Origin: a virus
Length of the DNA: 64,000 nucleotides
IMG/VR virus record: IMGVR_UViG_3300009514_000888
Location: 1-64,000 of that record
Reading direction: 5' to 3' (one strand)
Below, piece after piece: positions 36,802 to 44,906 of this stretch; position 1 is the stretch's first letter, and each line of letters begins with the position of its first letter. Made by a program: the position numbers and the translations under genes. Under the pieces are notes generated by a model. That model did no database searches, was not told where the DNA came from, and saw nothing but the letters and a program-made list of their open reading frames with translations.

Positions 36802-37163
36802 AGAGTGTGGTAGCATTGATTATTCTGATCATTCCGTCTTTCGCATTTGCCGGTCAAAAGATTCATATTGGCATTTATTCTACCAGCGGCTTTCATCGCG
36901 CTCATTACCAGCCAGCTTATTATGGAAGCCGACCGTTCAGCTATACATCTTTCATCCGCATGCCTCCACCGCAGAAAACGCCGCCATTGGCTTACGATAA
37001 TAACAAGGCGGCATATGGGTATGTACAATCTCGTATCATTGCGGCGAAGCAAAGAGAAGTGGAGAAGCAGGAAAAGGCGAAGTGGCAGGATGACCAGCAG
37101 AGACGAAATGTAATTTGGGAACAGCAAAGGAATCAATTCGCTCGAAGTTGGATTTTTGATTAG
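36798..37163 (+). CDS. exported hypothetical protein
   Basis: Signal peptide ending AFA. Confidence 0.55.
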   Translation: MKSVVALIILIIPSFAFAGQKIHIGIYSTSGFHRAHYQPAYYGSRPFSYTSFIRMPPPQKTPPLAYDNNKAAYGYVQSRIIAAKQREVEKQEKAKWQDDQQRRNVIWEQQRNQFARSWIFD

Positions 37164-37175
37164 AAAGGAATTGAA

Positions 37176-37778
37176 ATGTCATTGATTCTGAAAGCGGCGC
37201 GACTGGCACGGAAAGCTCATGGGGGACAGACCCGCAAACATAATGGGCTACCATATGATGCTCATGTTTCTCGCGTTGCGGGTCGGGTAGCCACTCATGA
37301 CATCGCCTGCGAAGAAAGTGTAGCGGCGGCCTTTCTTCATGACGTGAAAGAGGACACGTCATATACATTCGATGATATCCTTACTGAATTACACGATGAG
37401 CGGGCAGAAGATGTGCTCGATCTCGTCCGTGAATTGACCAATCCGTCCAAGGGTTCTCGCTTATCCAGGACGGAACGTAAGTGCATGGATAGAGATCATC
37501 TATCTAATGTCAGCTATGAGGCGAAGGTTATAAAACTCATTGACCGCTGCGATAACCTAATGGAAATACTGTCTAACTGGACGAGGCTGACTATAGACGA
37601 AAAAAACTTTGTTCAGCTCTATGTCGAAGAATCTATATTATTGGCGAAAGTGATAGGACATGCGGATGAACGTTTGGAAGAGGAACTGATGATGTATGCC
37701 CATCAGTTGCGAAAGTTGGTTCGCCAAGAAGTCTCGCATCGGCGAACTTCTCCGGACTCTATCGAAACTGCATCATAG
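37176..37778 (+). CDS. HD-domain hydrolase, RelA/SpoT-hydrolase (Mesh1/SAH)-like
   Basis: AHGGQTRK..GLPY..H, AAFLHDVKEDT and IKLIDRCDN motifs. Confidence 0.85.
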   Translation: MSLILKAARLARKAHGGQTRKHNGLPYDAHVSRVAGRVATHDIACEESVAAAFLHDVKEDTSYTFDDILTELHDERAEDVLDLVRELTNPSKGSRLSRTERKCMDRDHLSNVSYEAKVIKLIDRCDNLMEILSNWTRLTIDEKNFVQLYVEESILLAKVIGHADERLEEELMMYAHQLRKLVRQEVSHRRTSPDSIETAS

Positions 37779-37794
37779 GTAGATAGGTAGATAG

Positions 37795-38013
37795 GTGATA
37801 ACGATGTTTCAACCAAACAACATTGAGACGTTCATGGGGGGAACTTTTGGGCTGCCTAAGCATGGGATCAAGACAGTGGGTGACTTGCGTATACTGCTTC
37901 GATCCTGGGCGCAAGAGGTAGATGATTGGGGCGACGACGATACCCCGATCAGCGAAGTAGCGATTGTCAAAGACAGAGTCAGCGTGACTCTTGCGGCAGG
38001 TATTGTTCAGTGA
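37795..38013 (+). CDS. hypothetical protein
   Basis: Small ORF. Confidence 0.45.
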   Translation: MITMFQPNNIETFMGGTFGLPKHGIKTVGDLRILLRSWAQEVDDWGDDDTPISEVAIVKDRVSVTLAAGIVQ

Positions 38014-38039
38014 GAACCCTCAATATAAGGAGACCAACT

Positions 38040-38402
38040 ATGGGATTCTCGTAGGTTGACAATTCGGTTTCGTATCTTTACGTTATCACACGTAGGGACT
38101 TGCCATTTCCTGTCTGCGCCGTTCAGGCGTGTCATGCCGCAATCGAAGCGGCCAGGTTCATTCCCCCATAGGTAGAGCATCCTCATCTCGTTTTGTGCGC
38201 CGTCAGAGATGAGGAGCGACTTGAACGCGCAGCTGAGAAGCTGGAGCGTAAGGGTATCCGTCTGCGCCGATGGCGAGAGCCGGATATCGATCAGTTAACC
38301 GCAATTGCGACAGAGCCTATTTCAGGCGATGCGCGTCGTTACTTCAAAGACTTCCAACTTCTTAAAGGAGACCACGATGGCTACGCTCACACAGTATCGT
38401 AA
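38040..38402 (+). CDS. Pth2-like peptidyl-tRNA hydrolase with two in-frame TAG codons (38052-38054, 38169-38171)
   Basis: AAGGAG RBS then MGFS*VDNSVSYLYVITRRDLPFPVCAVQACHAAIEAARFIPP*VEHPHLVLCAV...REPDIDQLTAIATEPI; the Pth2-family motifs lie on both sides of the second amber. Confidence 0.75.
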
Positions 38403-38799
38403 TGTTTACAAGACCCGCTTCGGCTACGTTTCGTGTAGCTACAGGATGTATCAGAAGCTCAGAAGGCTTAACTACCTTTGCCTTCTGACTCGCCAACAGA
38501 ATGCGAGATGGGAGCGGTGGAACCGCAAAGACCCCCAGAACCGAGTCATCCGTCAATGGATCAGGAACAGCCAGGGCCAGAAGGTCGGTTCGGTTGTTTC
38601 TGGTCCACAGCCCGAGCCTAAGAGATACCGTGTCCTCGAATCTCATCTGGAGAGCATTGAGTTCGCTTATCGATTGGCCAAGTATCCGATGCCGCAGGCG
38701 ACGTTGGCGATGGAGGCGGCTCGCTTGATATCTGTCGAAGACAGCAACAGAGACTTCGACCGGCTCTTGGAAACAGCTGAGCAGGAGATTATATCCTGA
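38377..38799 (+). CDS. hypothetical protein overlapping the Pth2-like 3' end
   Basis: AAGGAG RBS, ATG 38377. Confidence 0.7.
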   Translation: MATLTQYRNVYKTRFGYVSCSYRMYQKLRRLNYLCLLTRQQNARWERWNRKDPQNRVIRQWIRNSQGQKVGSVVSGPQPEPKRYRVLESHLESIEFAYRLAKYPMPQATLAMEAARLISVEDSNRDFDRLLETAEQEIIS

Positions 38800-38803
38800 T
38801 AGT

Positions 38804-38835
38804 TAGCTGGCGGAGGCCAGCGTCTCCGCCAGCTA
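38804..38835. terminator. hairpin terminator between convergent genes
   Basis: TAGCTGGCGGAG/CTCCGCCAGCTA perfect 12-bp stem followed by TTGTTTTT. Confidence 0.7.
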
Positions 38836-39102
38836 TTGTTTTTGAGCGGTAAATCGCTTAGCAGGACAGGCAAATTCTGGATCGCGAGTGATCGTGTGAA
38901 TCAGTTTATCTACTTTGACGCATCGGCTTGCGGTGGTTAGCCCGCCGGTTGCCTTATATCGCGGGCTGGGGTTCTTGGTTGCGTATTTACATTTACGGCA
39001 TTTGTCGCGTCGGTAGTGTATGACGGTGAGAGATACAGATGTCTTGGAGTCCGTCTTACCAACATGCTTTCCTGGTTGTCTTTTTCCGCATTTACAGGGC
39101 AT
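38833..39102 (-). CDS. small Cys-rich basic protein
   Basis: MPCKCG...CRKC...C...CP; converges on the terminator. Confidence 0.5.
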   Translation of the reverse strand: MPCKCGKRQPGKHVGKTDSKTSVSLTVIHYRRDKCRKCKYATKNPSPRYKATGGLTTASRCVKVDKLIHTITRDPEFACPAKRFTAQKQ

Positions 39103-39467
39103 ACTCTGGGTGTCGATATAAAGTTTTTAAGTTCGTTAAGACGAACCATAATTTGTGATAGACAAGCAATTGCAAAGCCTCGCCGTAGATTGGGCAGACA
39201 AGGTGTTCCAGGATATCTATACAGCTTGCCATAGCCCTGAGCATGTTCTTTACGGCGAATCTCTTAAGATGTACAAGATACTAAGCGACTGGGGTTGGTT
39301 TGAGTTATGTCCGATAGAGGAGGATCAGGGCGAGGCGGTTACTCGTCAATGGTTGGCTATGAACAAATATGCGAAACTTGAATGGGCAAAGCGACACCCA
39401 GGAGCCGACAAGAAAATAAAGCCCAGCAAATGGGACATTGTAACTGGCCGGGCGAAGAGGAAATGAT

Positions 39468-39815
39468 ATGCTGATTTACCTGATTATAGCCGTATTGTCC
39501 GCCTGTGGCTTATCGATTTTGGTGGTAGAGAAGGGCAACGACTATCCTATCCGCTTCGTTGTTCAACCTTTGCGGATGTTGCTGGAAGCAGTTCACGAGA
39601 AGACGGGGGGAGTCTTTGATTGCGGAGTATGTTTTTCGTTTTGGGCGGCATTGTTGTGTGATTGGTTGTTGTATTATGTTTTTACAGATCAGGTCTATTT
39701 TTTGTGGCCCATATCGGGCTTAGTAGCGGTATTTGTGATGTGGCTGGTTTATGAAATTCTGAATGCGTTTGACCCTCTAATGGGGGAGGATTCGGACGAG
39801 GAAGTTGGTATATAG
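39468..39815 (+). CDS. small membrane protein (CxxC)
   Basis: Hydrophobic segments with CGVCFSFW. Confidence 0.6.
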   Translation: MLIYLIIAVLSACGLSILVVEKGNDYPIRFVVQPLRMLLEAVHEKTGGVFDCGVCFSFWAALLCDWLLYYVFTDQVYFLWPISGLVAVFVMWLVYEILNAFDPLMGEDSDEEVGI

Positions 39816-39846
39816 ATGATAGGAGAAGGTAGAGAGATTACCGTGC

Positions 39847-40551
39847 ATGAGCTTGTCATCTTTATTTTCGCGCGAGCATTACGAATCCTGGACACTAAGA
39901 GTTGCATCTAGCCTTGACGAAGTTTACAGTGCTTGGAGGTTGGTATACCGCGAATATCGCTCATTTGGGTTTCTGCATGAGAACAAATATAAGATTGTTG
40001 TTCCTCGGCATTTCAATCATGATTCGTTGGTCATACTGACCAGTATCTACCACGTAGCCATCTCAACATTAACTTGTTCTCTGGATAGCGAACATGGCTT
40101 GACTTTGGACACAGTCTTCCGGGATCAGATAGATCAACTACGAGATGACGGGAGGCATGTCGCAGAAATAGGGATGTTTGCTAGTGTTCGGGGGCATGAG
40201 GCTTATCGGTCCTTGGCCAGAGACTTGCTGGAAATGATGCGCTACTCGTACTATTACTTACGATACCAAAAAATAGATGATATTGTGGTTGGAGTTCACC
40301 CAGACCATGTATCATTTTATAAGGATGTATTTGGTCTGGACATATTTAGCGATGAGAGATCGTATGCCAGATATAGCAACAATCCTGTGGTTTTGATGAG
40401 AGCTGGGCTTCAAAACTGGTCTAAAAAAGATCATCCTGTAGTTAGATACTACGGCGACAATCGCATTCCTGAGTTACAATTCAAACATCGATATGACTTC
40501 AATCCAGTAGAGGTTCGCGATTCCGCCATAGGAAAATTCCTGGACTCTTAG
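39847..40551 (+). CDS. GNAT-fold N-acyl amino acid synthase (FeeM-like)
   Basis: AWRLVYREY...G, VAEIG.FA, VGVHP.H..FY and NNPVVL motifs. Confidence 0.7.
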   Translation: MSLSSLFSREHYESWTLRVASSLDEVYSAWRLVYREYRSFGFLHENKYKIVVPRHFNHDSLVILTSIYHVAISTLTCSLDSEHGLTLDTVFRDQIDQLRDDGRHVAEIGMFASVRGHEAYRSLARDLLEMMRYSYYYLRYQKIDDIVVGVHPDHVSFYKDVFGLDIFSDERSYARYSNNPVVLMRAGLQNWSKKDHPVVRYYGDNRIPELQFKHRYDFNPVEVRDSAIGKFLDS

Positions 40552-40585
40552 TATTAAAAGCATATCTATCGCAGGAGATTGACTA

Positions 40586-41551
40586 ATGGCTCGAAACCAG
40601 AATATGATCCTTGTAGCGTGGGCGATGCTTACAACCTCCCTGGTTGTTGTCGCTTGCACAAAAGACATGACTATTGGCGGTCCATTCGTGGATCACAATG
40701 TCCATGATAGGATTGAGAAGGTGCATGATAATCTCACCAATGCCAATGACAAGGTGAGTGAGGCGTCCAGCCATATCAAGGATGACGCTGACGCCATCAA
40801 GGATGAGGCAAACCAGGCTAGAAACAAGTTGACTCCAGAGGCCAAGCCCTCTGTGCAGCCTCATCTCGAGAACATCGTGCATAGCGCAGACCGCATCAGG
40901 GACAAGACCAAGCTGCTGGAAGAAGCGATGATTTTGTTGACGCTGGCGGATGAGGAATTACTGGAAGCCGCCGACCGCATTAAAAAGATGGAGGCGGAAG
41001 CTAAGGATGCTTATGCTGCGCGCATAGCCGCAGAGAAGGACAGGGACGAGGCATTGCAGAGAGAGAAAGAGGCGACCGGCAAGATGATCCGTTGGCTTAT
41101 TGTCATATGTATTATTGGCGTTGGGCTGGCCTTGCCTGTCGGCATATTTGGCAGTCCCTATGTTGGACTGCTCCTGGGAGCCGCCTCTATTGGCACGCTG
41201 GTTATCGCCATTACAGTCAGTCAATACTTCGACTACATCGCGATAGGCGGGTTGGTCGTCATTGGTTTGGCAGCCGCTATGGTCGCCTATAAACTGTTTG
41301 TGAGGGATAAGGCCGTCAAGGAGATCGTTCAGACGACGGAGATCGCCAAGCAGGGTATGGGCGAACAGGAGCGTCGCCGCGTTTTTGGATACAAGGCATC
41401 GCCTGGGTTGGCGTATCAGATGCAAAGCGGCTCTACCGAAAGCCTCGTCAACAGGGTTCGTCACAGAATGAAGGGCATGTGGGAAGAAACTATTGCTGGG
41501 TCCAGGGGCAGCGAGTCTCATGGCGATACATCGAACGCTTTAGCAACTTAA
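40586..41551 (+). CDS. lipoprotein-like coiled-coil membrane protein
   Basis: VVVAC lipobox, coiled coil, three C-terminal TM helices. Confidence 0.6.
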   Translation: MARNQNMILVAWAMLTTSLVVVACTKDMTIGGPFVDHNVHDRIEKVHDNLTNANDKVSEASSHIKDDADAIKDEANQARNKLTPEAKPSVQPHLENIVHSADRIRDKTKLLEEAMILLTLADEELLEAADRIKKMEAEAKDAYAARIAAEKDRDEALQREKEATGKMIRWLIVICIIGVGLALPVGIFGSPYVGLLLGAASIGTLVIAITVSQYFDYIAIGGLVVIGLAAAMVAYKLFVRDKAVKEIVQTTEIAKQGMGEQERRRVFGYKASPGLAYQMQSGSTESLVNRVRHRMKGMWEETIAGSRGSESHGDTSNALAT

Positions 41552-41928
41552 TTATTATTCGCGTTTTCGTTCTTGATATGCTGGGTTATTCTTTCGGCTA
41601 TGCTTTTCGCCATTGATAGGGGAATACTTCCACGGGCTAGGTCACTTAATGTTTCGTCGTGATCGTCGGATATTTTGTGAACGCAAAATGGGCAGCAGCA
41701 ATGGATTTTGCTGACTTCCGGGTATGTCTTGGCGATATGATCTAGTACGTCTGTCCCCAGCCATACTTTTTTCTTGCAGTAATGGCAATGTTTTTGAACG
41801 GCCTTGGGGTTATACGGAACTGGCAAATCCTGCACCCGCACCACCATAACATATGCTGTATCGTTATCCTTTTGCATACCAGAGAATATCGTTCCTGTAA
41901 AAACACTGGAGAAAGTGAAGGTCGTCAC
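41548..41928 (-). CDS. putative Zn-binding hypothetical protein
   Basis: CHYC...CCPFC. Confidence 0.45.
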   Translation of the reverse strand: MTTFTFSSVFTGTIFSGMQKDNDTAYVMVVRVQDLPVPYNPKAVQKHCHYCKKKVWLGTDVLDHIAKTYPEVSKIHCCCPFCVHKISDDHDETLSDLARGSIPLSMAKSIAERITQHIKNENANNN

Positions 41929-42014
41929 TTTTTTAGACGATCAAGTGATAAAGAGGAGTATATCTCATTTTCGGGGAAAGAGTAGGGCCGCAAACTTTGT
42001 ATAAGGAGGAACTA

Positions 42015-42842
42015 ATGGGTTGTAGACAGTTGGACGAGGAGGCGTTGAATTGCCTCTGGAAGAGCTACCGGAAGAAGAAGGACAAAAAGAAAAAACAAAC
42101 ACTTGTAGAGCATTACTTTCCTTTTGTTCAGAAAATCGCTTACCGATTGGCAAAGAAGATCAATTGGCAAGTAGAGCCAGATGCCTTATCCAGCTTCGGA
42201 GTTGATGGGTTGTATCGGGCCATTGATGGTTATCGCCCTTCCCGTGGCGTTCGTTTCGAATCCTACGCCAATAGACGTATCCGAGGCGCAATGATAGACG
42301 GACTCCGTCGAGAGGATATGGTGCCTCGTAGCGTTCGTATCTTAGGCGAGAGGTTTGAAAGACATAAGCAGAAAATACAGAACCATCTTGGACGAAAAGT
42401 ATCCGATGTGGAAGCGTCAGACTTGTTGGGTATGGACGAATCCTACTTTCAAAGGAACTACCGCAAGTTTCTTCCTTCGGCATTTTCCAGTTTGGAAACA
42501 GGACTTGAAACTGACCAGGAAGAGTTCAAAGAGGACTGCAATATCGTCCTCAAAGACGAGAGTGATCCTCCAGGCAATCCTGCGGTTCGTAAAGAGTTCT
42601 TCAATAAACTGATGGGAGATGGATTCTCGCCTATTGAACGACGCATCGTTTGGCTCTATTACTACGAAGGGCTGACAATGGATCGCGTGTCTAAGCGAAT
42701 CAAATTATCCGAGTCTCGCGTGAGCCAGATGCACAAAGCCATGCTCCCGCGTTTGGCCGATAAGATTAAGAGAAACCCTGAATATTTTGGGGACATACAC
42801 TCTTTTATCGGCTATAGTGGCAAGGCTGGCGCGATTCGGTGA
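42015..42842 (+). CDS. FliA/WhiG-family RNA polymerase sigma factor
   Basis: LVEHYFPFV, GLYRAIDGY, FESYANRRIRGAMIDGLR and LSESRVSQMH motifs. Confidence 0.9.
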   Translation: MGCRQLDEEALNCLWKSYRKKKDKKKKQTLVEHYFPFVQKIAYRLAKKINWQVEPDALSSFGVDGLYRAIDGYRPSRGVRFESYANRRIRGAMIDGLRREDMVPRSVRILGERFERHKQKIQNHLGRKVSDVEASDLLGMDESYFQRNYRKFLPSAFSSLETGLETDQEEFKEDCNIVLKDESDPPGNPAVRKEFFNKLMGDGFSPIERRIVWLYYYEGLTMDRVSKRIKLSESRVSQMHKAMLPRLADKIKRNPEYFGDIHSFIGYSGKAGAIR

Positions 42843-42875
42843 TTCTCCGGAAAACTCGCAATTTGCGTCATATAG

Positions 42876-43439
42876 GTGGAAGCGGGCGATTACCGCGCTA
42901 TAGATATGATTGAGGCGAGAGTTGGAGACATTGCGTATCCCAAGTCGGTGGCTGTAGTTACACCTGCCAATGGATGCGGGATTATGTCGCGGGGCGTCGC
43001 AGCAATTTTGAGCGATGTCCGGCATGGCGGCAAAACGCTGGAACAGCAGGGCAAGGCTCTGGTGGCGAAGCGGGAGAAGCCGTTCGCGGCAGGCGAGATG
43101 TTTTTTACGGGGCCTGGAAGGCTCAGGCGACGCGGTGTGCAGCGTGTGTATCATGCTGTGTTGCAGGAGTTCCCAGGAGGATACACGAGCTTGCATTGGG
43201 TAAATCAGGCTATGAGGGCCGTCATGAAGGCGGCGGTGGATGAGGGATACGACAGCATTACCTTGCCCGCGATTGGGGCAGGGCCAGAAAGGCTTGATCC
43301 GGTATCGGTTGCCGGACAGATGACAATTGTGGCAAAGGCGTATTCTCATCTGATAGGTATCAAGTTCATCGATGCTAACGAGGTCTTTATCAACGAGATC
43401 AAAAGTCTGATAGGCATGGAACAGGAAAGTCATGAGTAG
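42876..43439 (+). CDS. macro domain protein
   Basis: VGDI, VVTPANG..MSRGVAAI, VYHAV and SITLPAIGAG motifs. Confidence 0.85.
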   Translation: MEAGDYRAIDMIEARVGDIAYPKSVAVVTPANGCGIMSRGVAAILSDVRHGGKTLEQQGKALVAKREKPFAAGEMFFTGPGRLRRRGVQRVYHAVLQEFPGGYTSLHWVNQAMRAVMKAAVDEGYDSITLPAIGAGPERLDPVSVAGQMTIVAKAYSHLIGIKFIDANEVFINEIKSLIGMEQESHE

Positions 43440-44040
43440 CGTCCTAGATCATCCAGTATTGGTACTGAACAAGGGATGGCTTGCTATCCACATTGACACT
43501 GTTCGCGAAGCGATTGTGAAGGCGTGCAGCGGCGCGGCTAACATCATTCACGCGGACGGCGGCTATGCTCTTTACTCAATGGGAGAGTGGATGGAGCTGC
43601 CGGTCAATGAAGGGAATCGTTTCATTCAGGCAGGACATCAGAAAGTCCTGGCTCCGGTCATTATCGTTTTGACTGATTACAACGAGATTCCTTCGTTTGA
43701 AGTGAAGTTGACTCGTCGGAACATCATGATCCGCGATGGCTTTACCTGCCAGTATTCGGGTCGCAGACTGCGTCCTCGCGAAGCAACGCTCGATCACATT
43801 ATGCCGCGCTCTCGCGGCGGGCGTTCCACTTGGGAAAACCTGGTTTGCTCGCATCCGGACATCAACTTTCGTAAGGGTGACAAAACGCCGCAGGAAGCCG
43901 GGCTGACTTTGCGCAGAGTGCCATATAAGCCTGAATGGGGTCCGGCTTTCACGGCGACTGTTTCCAATGCGCCCAAAGAGTGGGAACCGTTTTTGACGAA
44001 ACGAGAGAAGGAACTGTTCTTTCCTCAAGCCGTCGCATGA
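43432..44040 (+). CDS. HNH endonuclease
   Basis: VLVLN, RD.FTCQY.G, TLDHIMPRSRGG.STWENLV and N.RKGDKTP motifs. Confidence 0.9.
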   Translation: MSSVLDHPVLVLNKGWLAIHIDTVREAIVKACSGAANIIHADGGYALYSMGEWMELPVNEGNRFIQAGHQKVLAPVIIVLTDYNEIPSFEVKLTRRNIMIRDGFTCQYSGRRLRPREATLDHIMPRSRGGRSTWENLVCSHPDINFRKGDKTPQEAGLTLRRVPYKPEWGPAFTATVSNAPKEWEPFLTKREKELFFPQAVA

Positions 44041-44732
44041 TCAGAAAACGGATCAAAAGTCAGAAAATCGGGTATCGCGGTTCAATCAAAGGCTGGAACA
44101 ACGCTTTAGCGGATGTTCCAGCCTTTATCCTTGGCAACTGTCCCTTTCTGCTTGAGCATGATCTGGGCTTGCTTCGTCATGAATTCTCGATAGGCATCAA
44201 TCGCGTATTCTACCACTTTGATCCGACCATTCTAATGTGGCAGGACCCGGAGCTGTGGTATACAGAGAAATCGAGAATTCCCAAGTTGGAAGCCATTAAG
44301 TTTTGCCGCGATAGTGCAGATGTACAGGGGAGGTTCCTGCATTTTAAGTTGACAGGCAATGGTTTTCAAATGCCAGAGAATCCATCAGTTCTTCATGGGC
44401 GTGGATCGACAGGCCCGCTGGCATTTGAACTGGCATATCTTTTAGGATGTAATCCTATTATTTTGCTTGGCATGTCTTGCCGATATTATGATGGTAAGAC
44501 GGATTTTTATGGAAAAAACCCGTCTCATAAGCCCCATACGTTGCGCAATTGTAGACGCGGACTATATTGGGTAAAGAAATGCGAAAGGCTTGGACGACGA
44601 ATCATCAATTGCTCTCCCAACAATGTGTTCGAAGAAACATTATCATTGGAACAGGCGATTGCAGAGATGGGAAAGAGGCCACCTCAGAACCGCCAAAGCC
44701 TCATCAAGCGTCTTTTGAAATCAAAAAAGTAA
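44037..44732 (+). CDS. DUF115/MptE-like (glycosylation-associated) protein
   Basis: AFILGNCP, IGINR, AYLLGCNPIILLGM and IINCS motifs. Confidence 0.65.
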   Translation: MIRKRIKSQKIGYRGSIKGWNNALADVPAFILGNCPFLLEHDLGLLRHEFSIGINRVFYHFDPTILMWQDPELWYTEKSRIPKLEAIKFCRDSADVQGRFLHFKLTGNGFQMPENPSVLHGRGSTGPLAFELAYLLGCNPIILLGMSCRYYDGKTDFYGKNPSHKPHTLRNCRRGLYWVKKCERLGRRIINCSPNNVFEETLSLEQAIAEMGKRPPQNRQSLIKRLLKSKK

Positions 44733-44906
44733 TCAGCCGCTATCAGATGGCCTAGTGTTGGGGAAAAAAAATCACTTGCTAACGTGGCATTCCTTATCGA
44801 GTTACAAATGTGCTCACAGAAAGTTCGGTTAACTCAAAAGGAATCAAACAGCGGGAAGTGAACTAGGTCAGATATATATTCGGACCATTAGGATTAGGAG
44901 AAATCT

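Noticed and set aside
37774-37797. ATAGGTAG tandem repeat after the HD gene
   Set aside because: Only three short copies, and read-through would add just a short tail; possibly a slippage product
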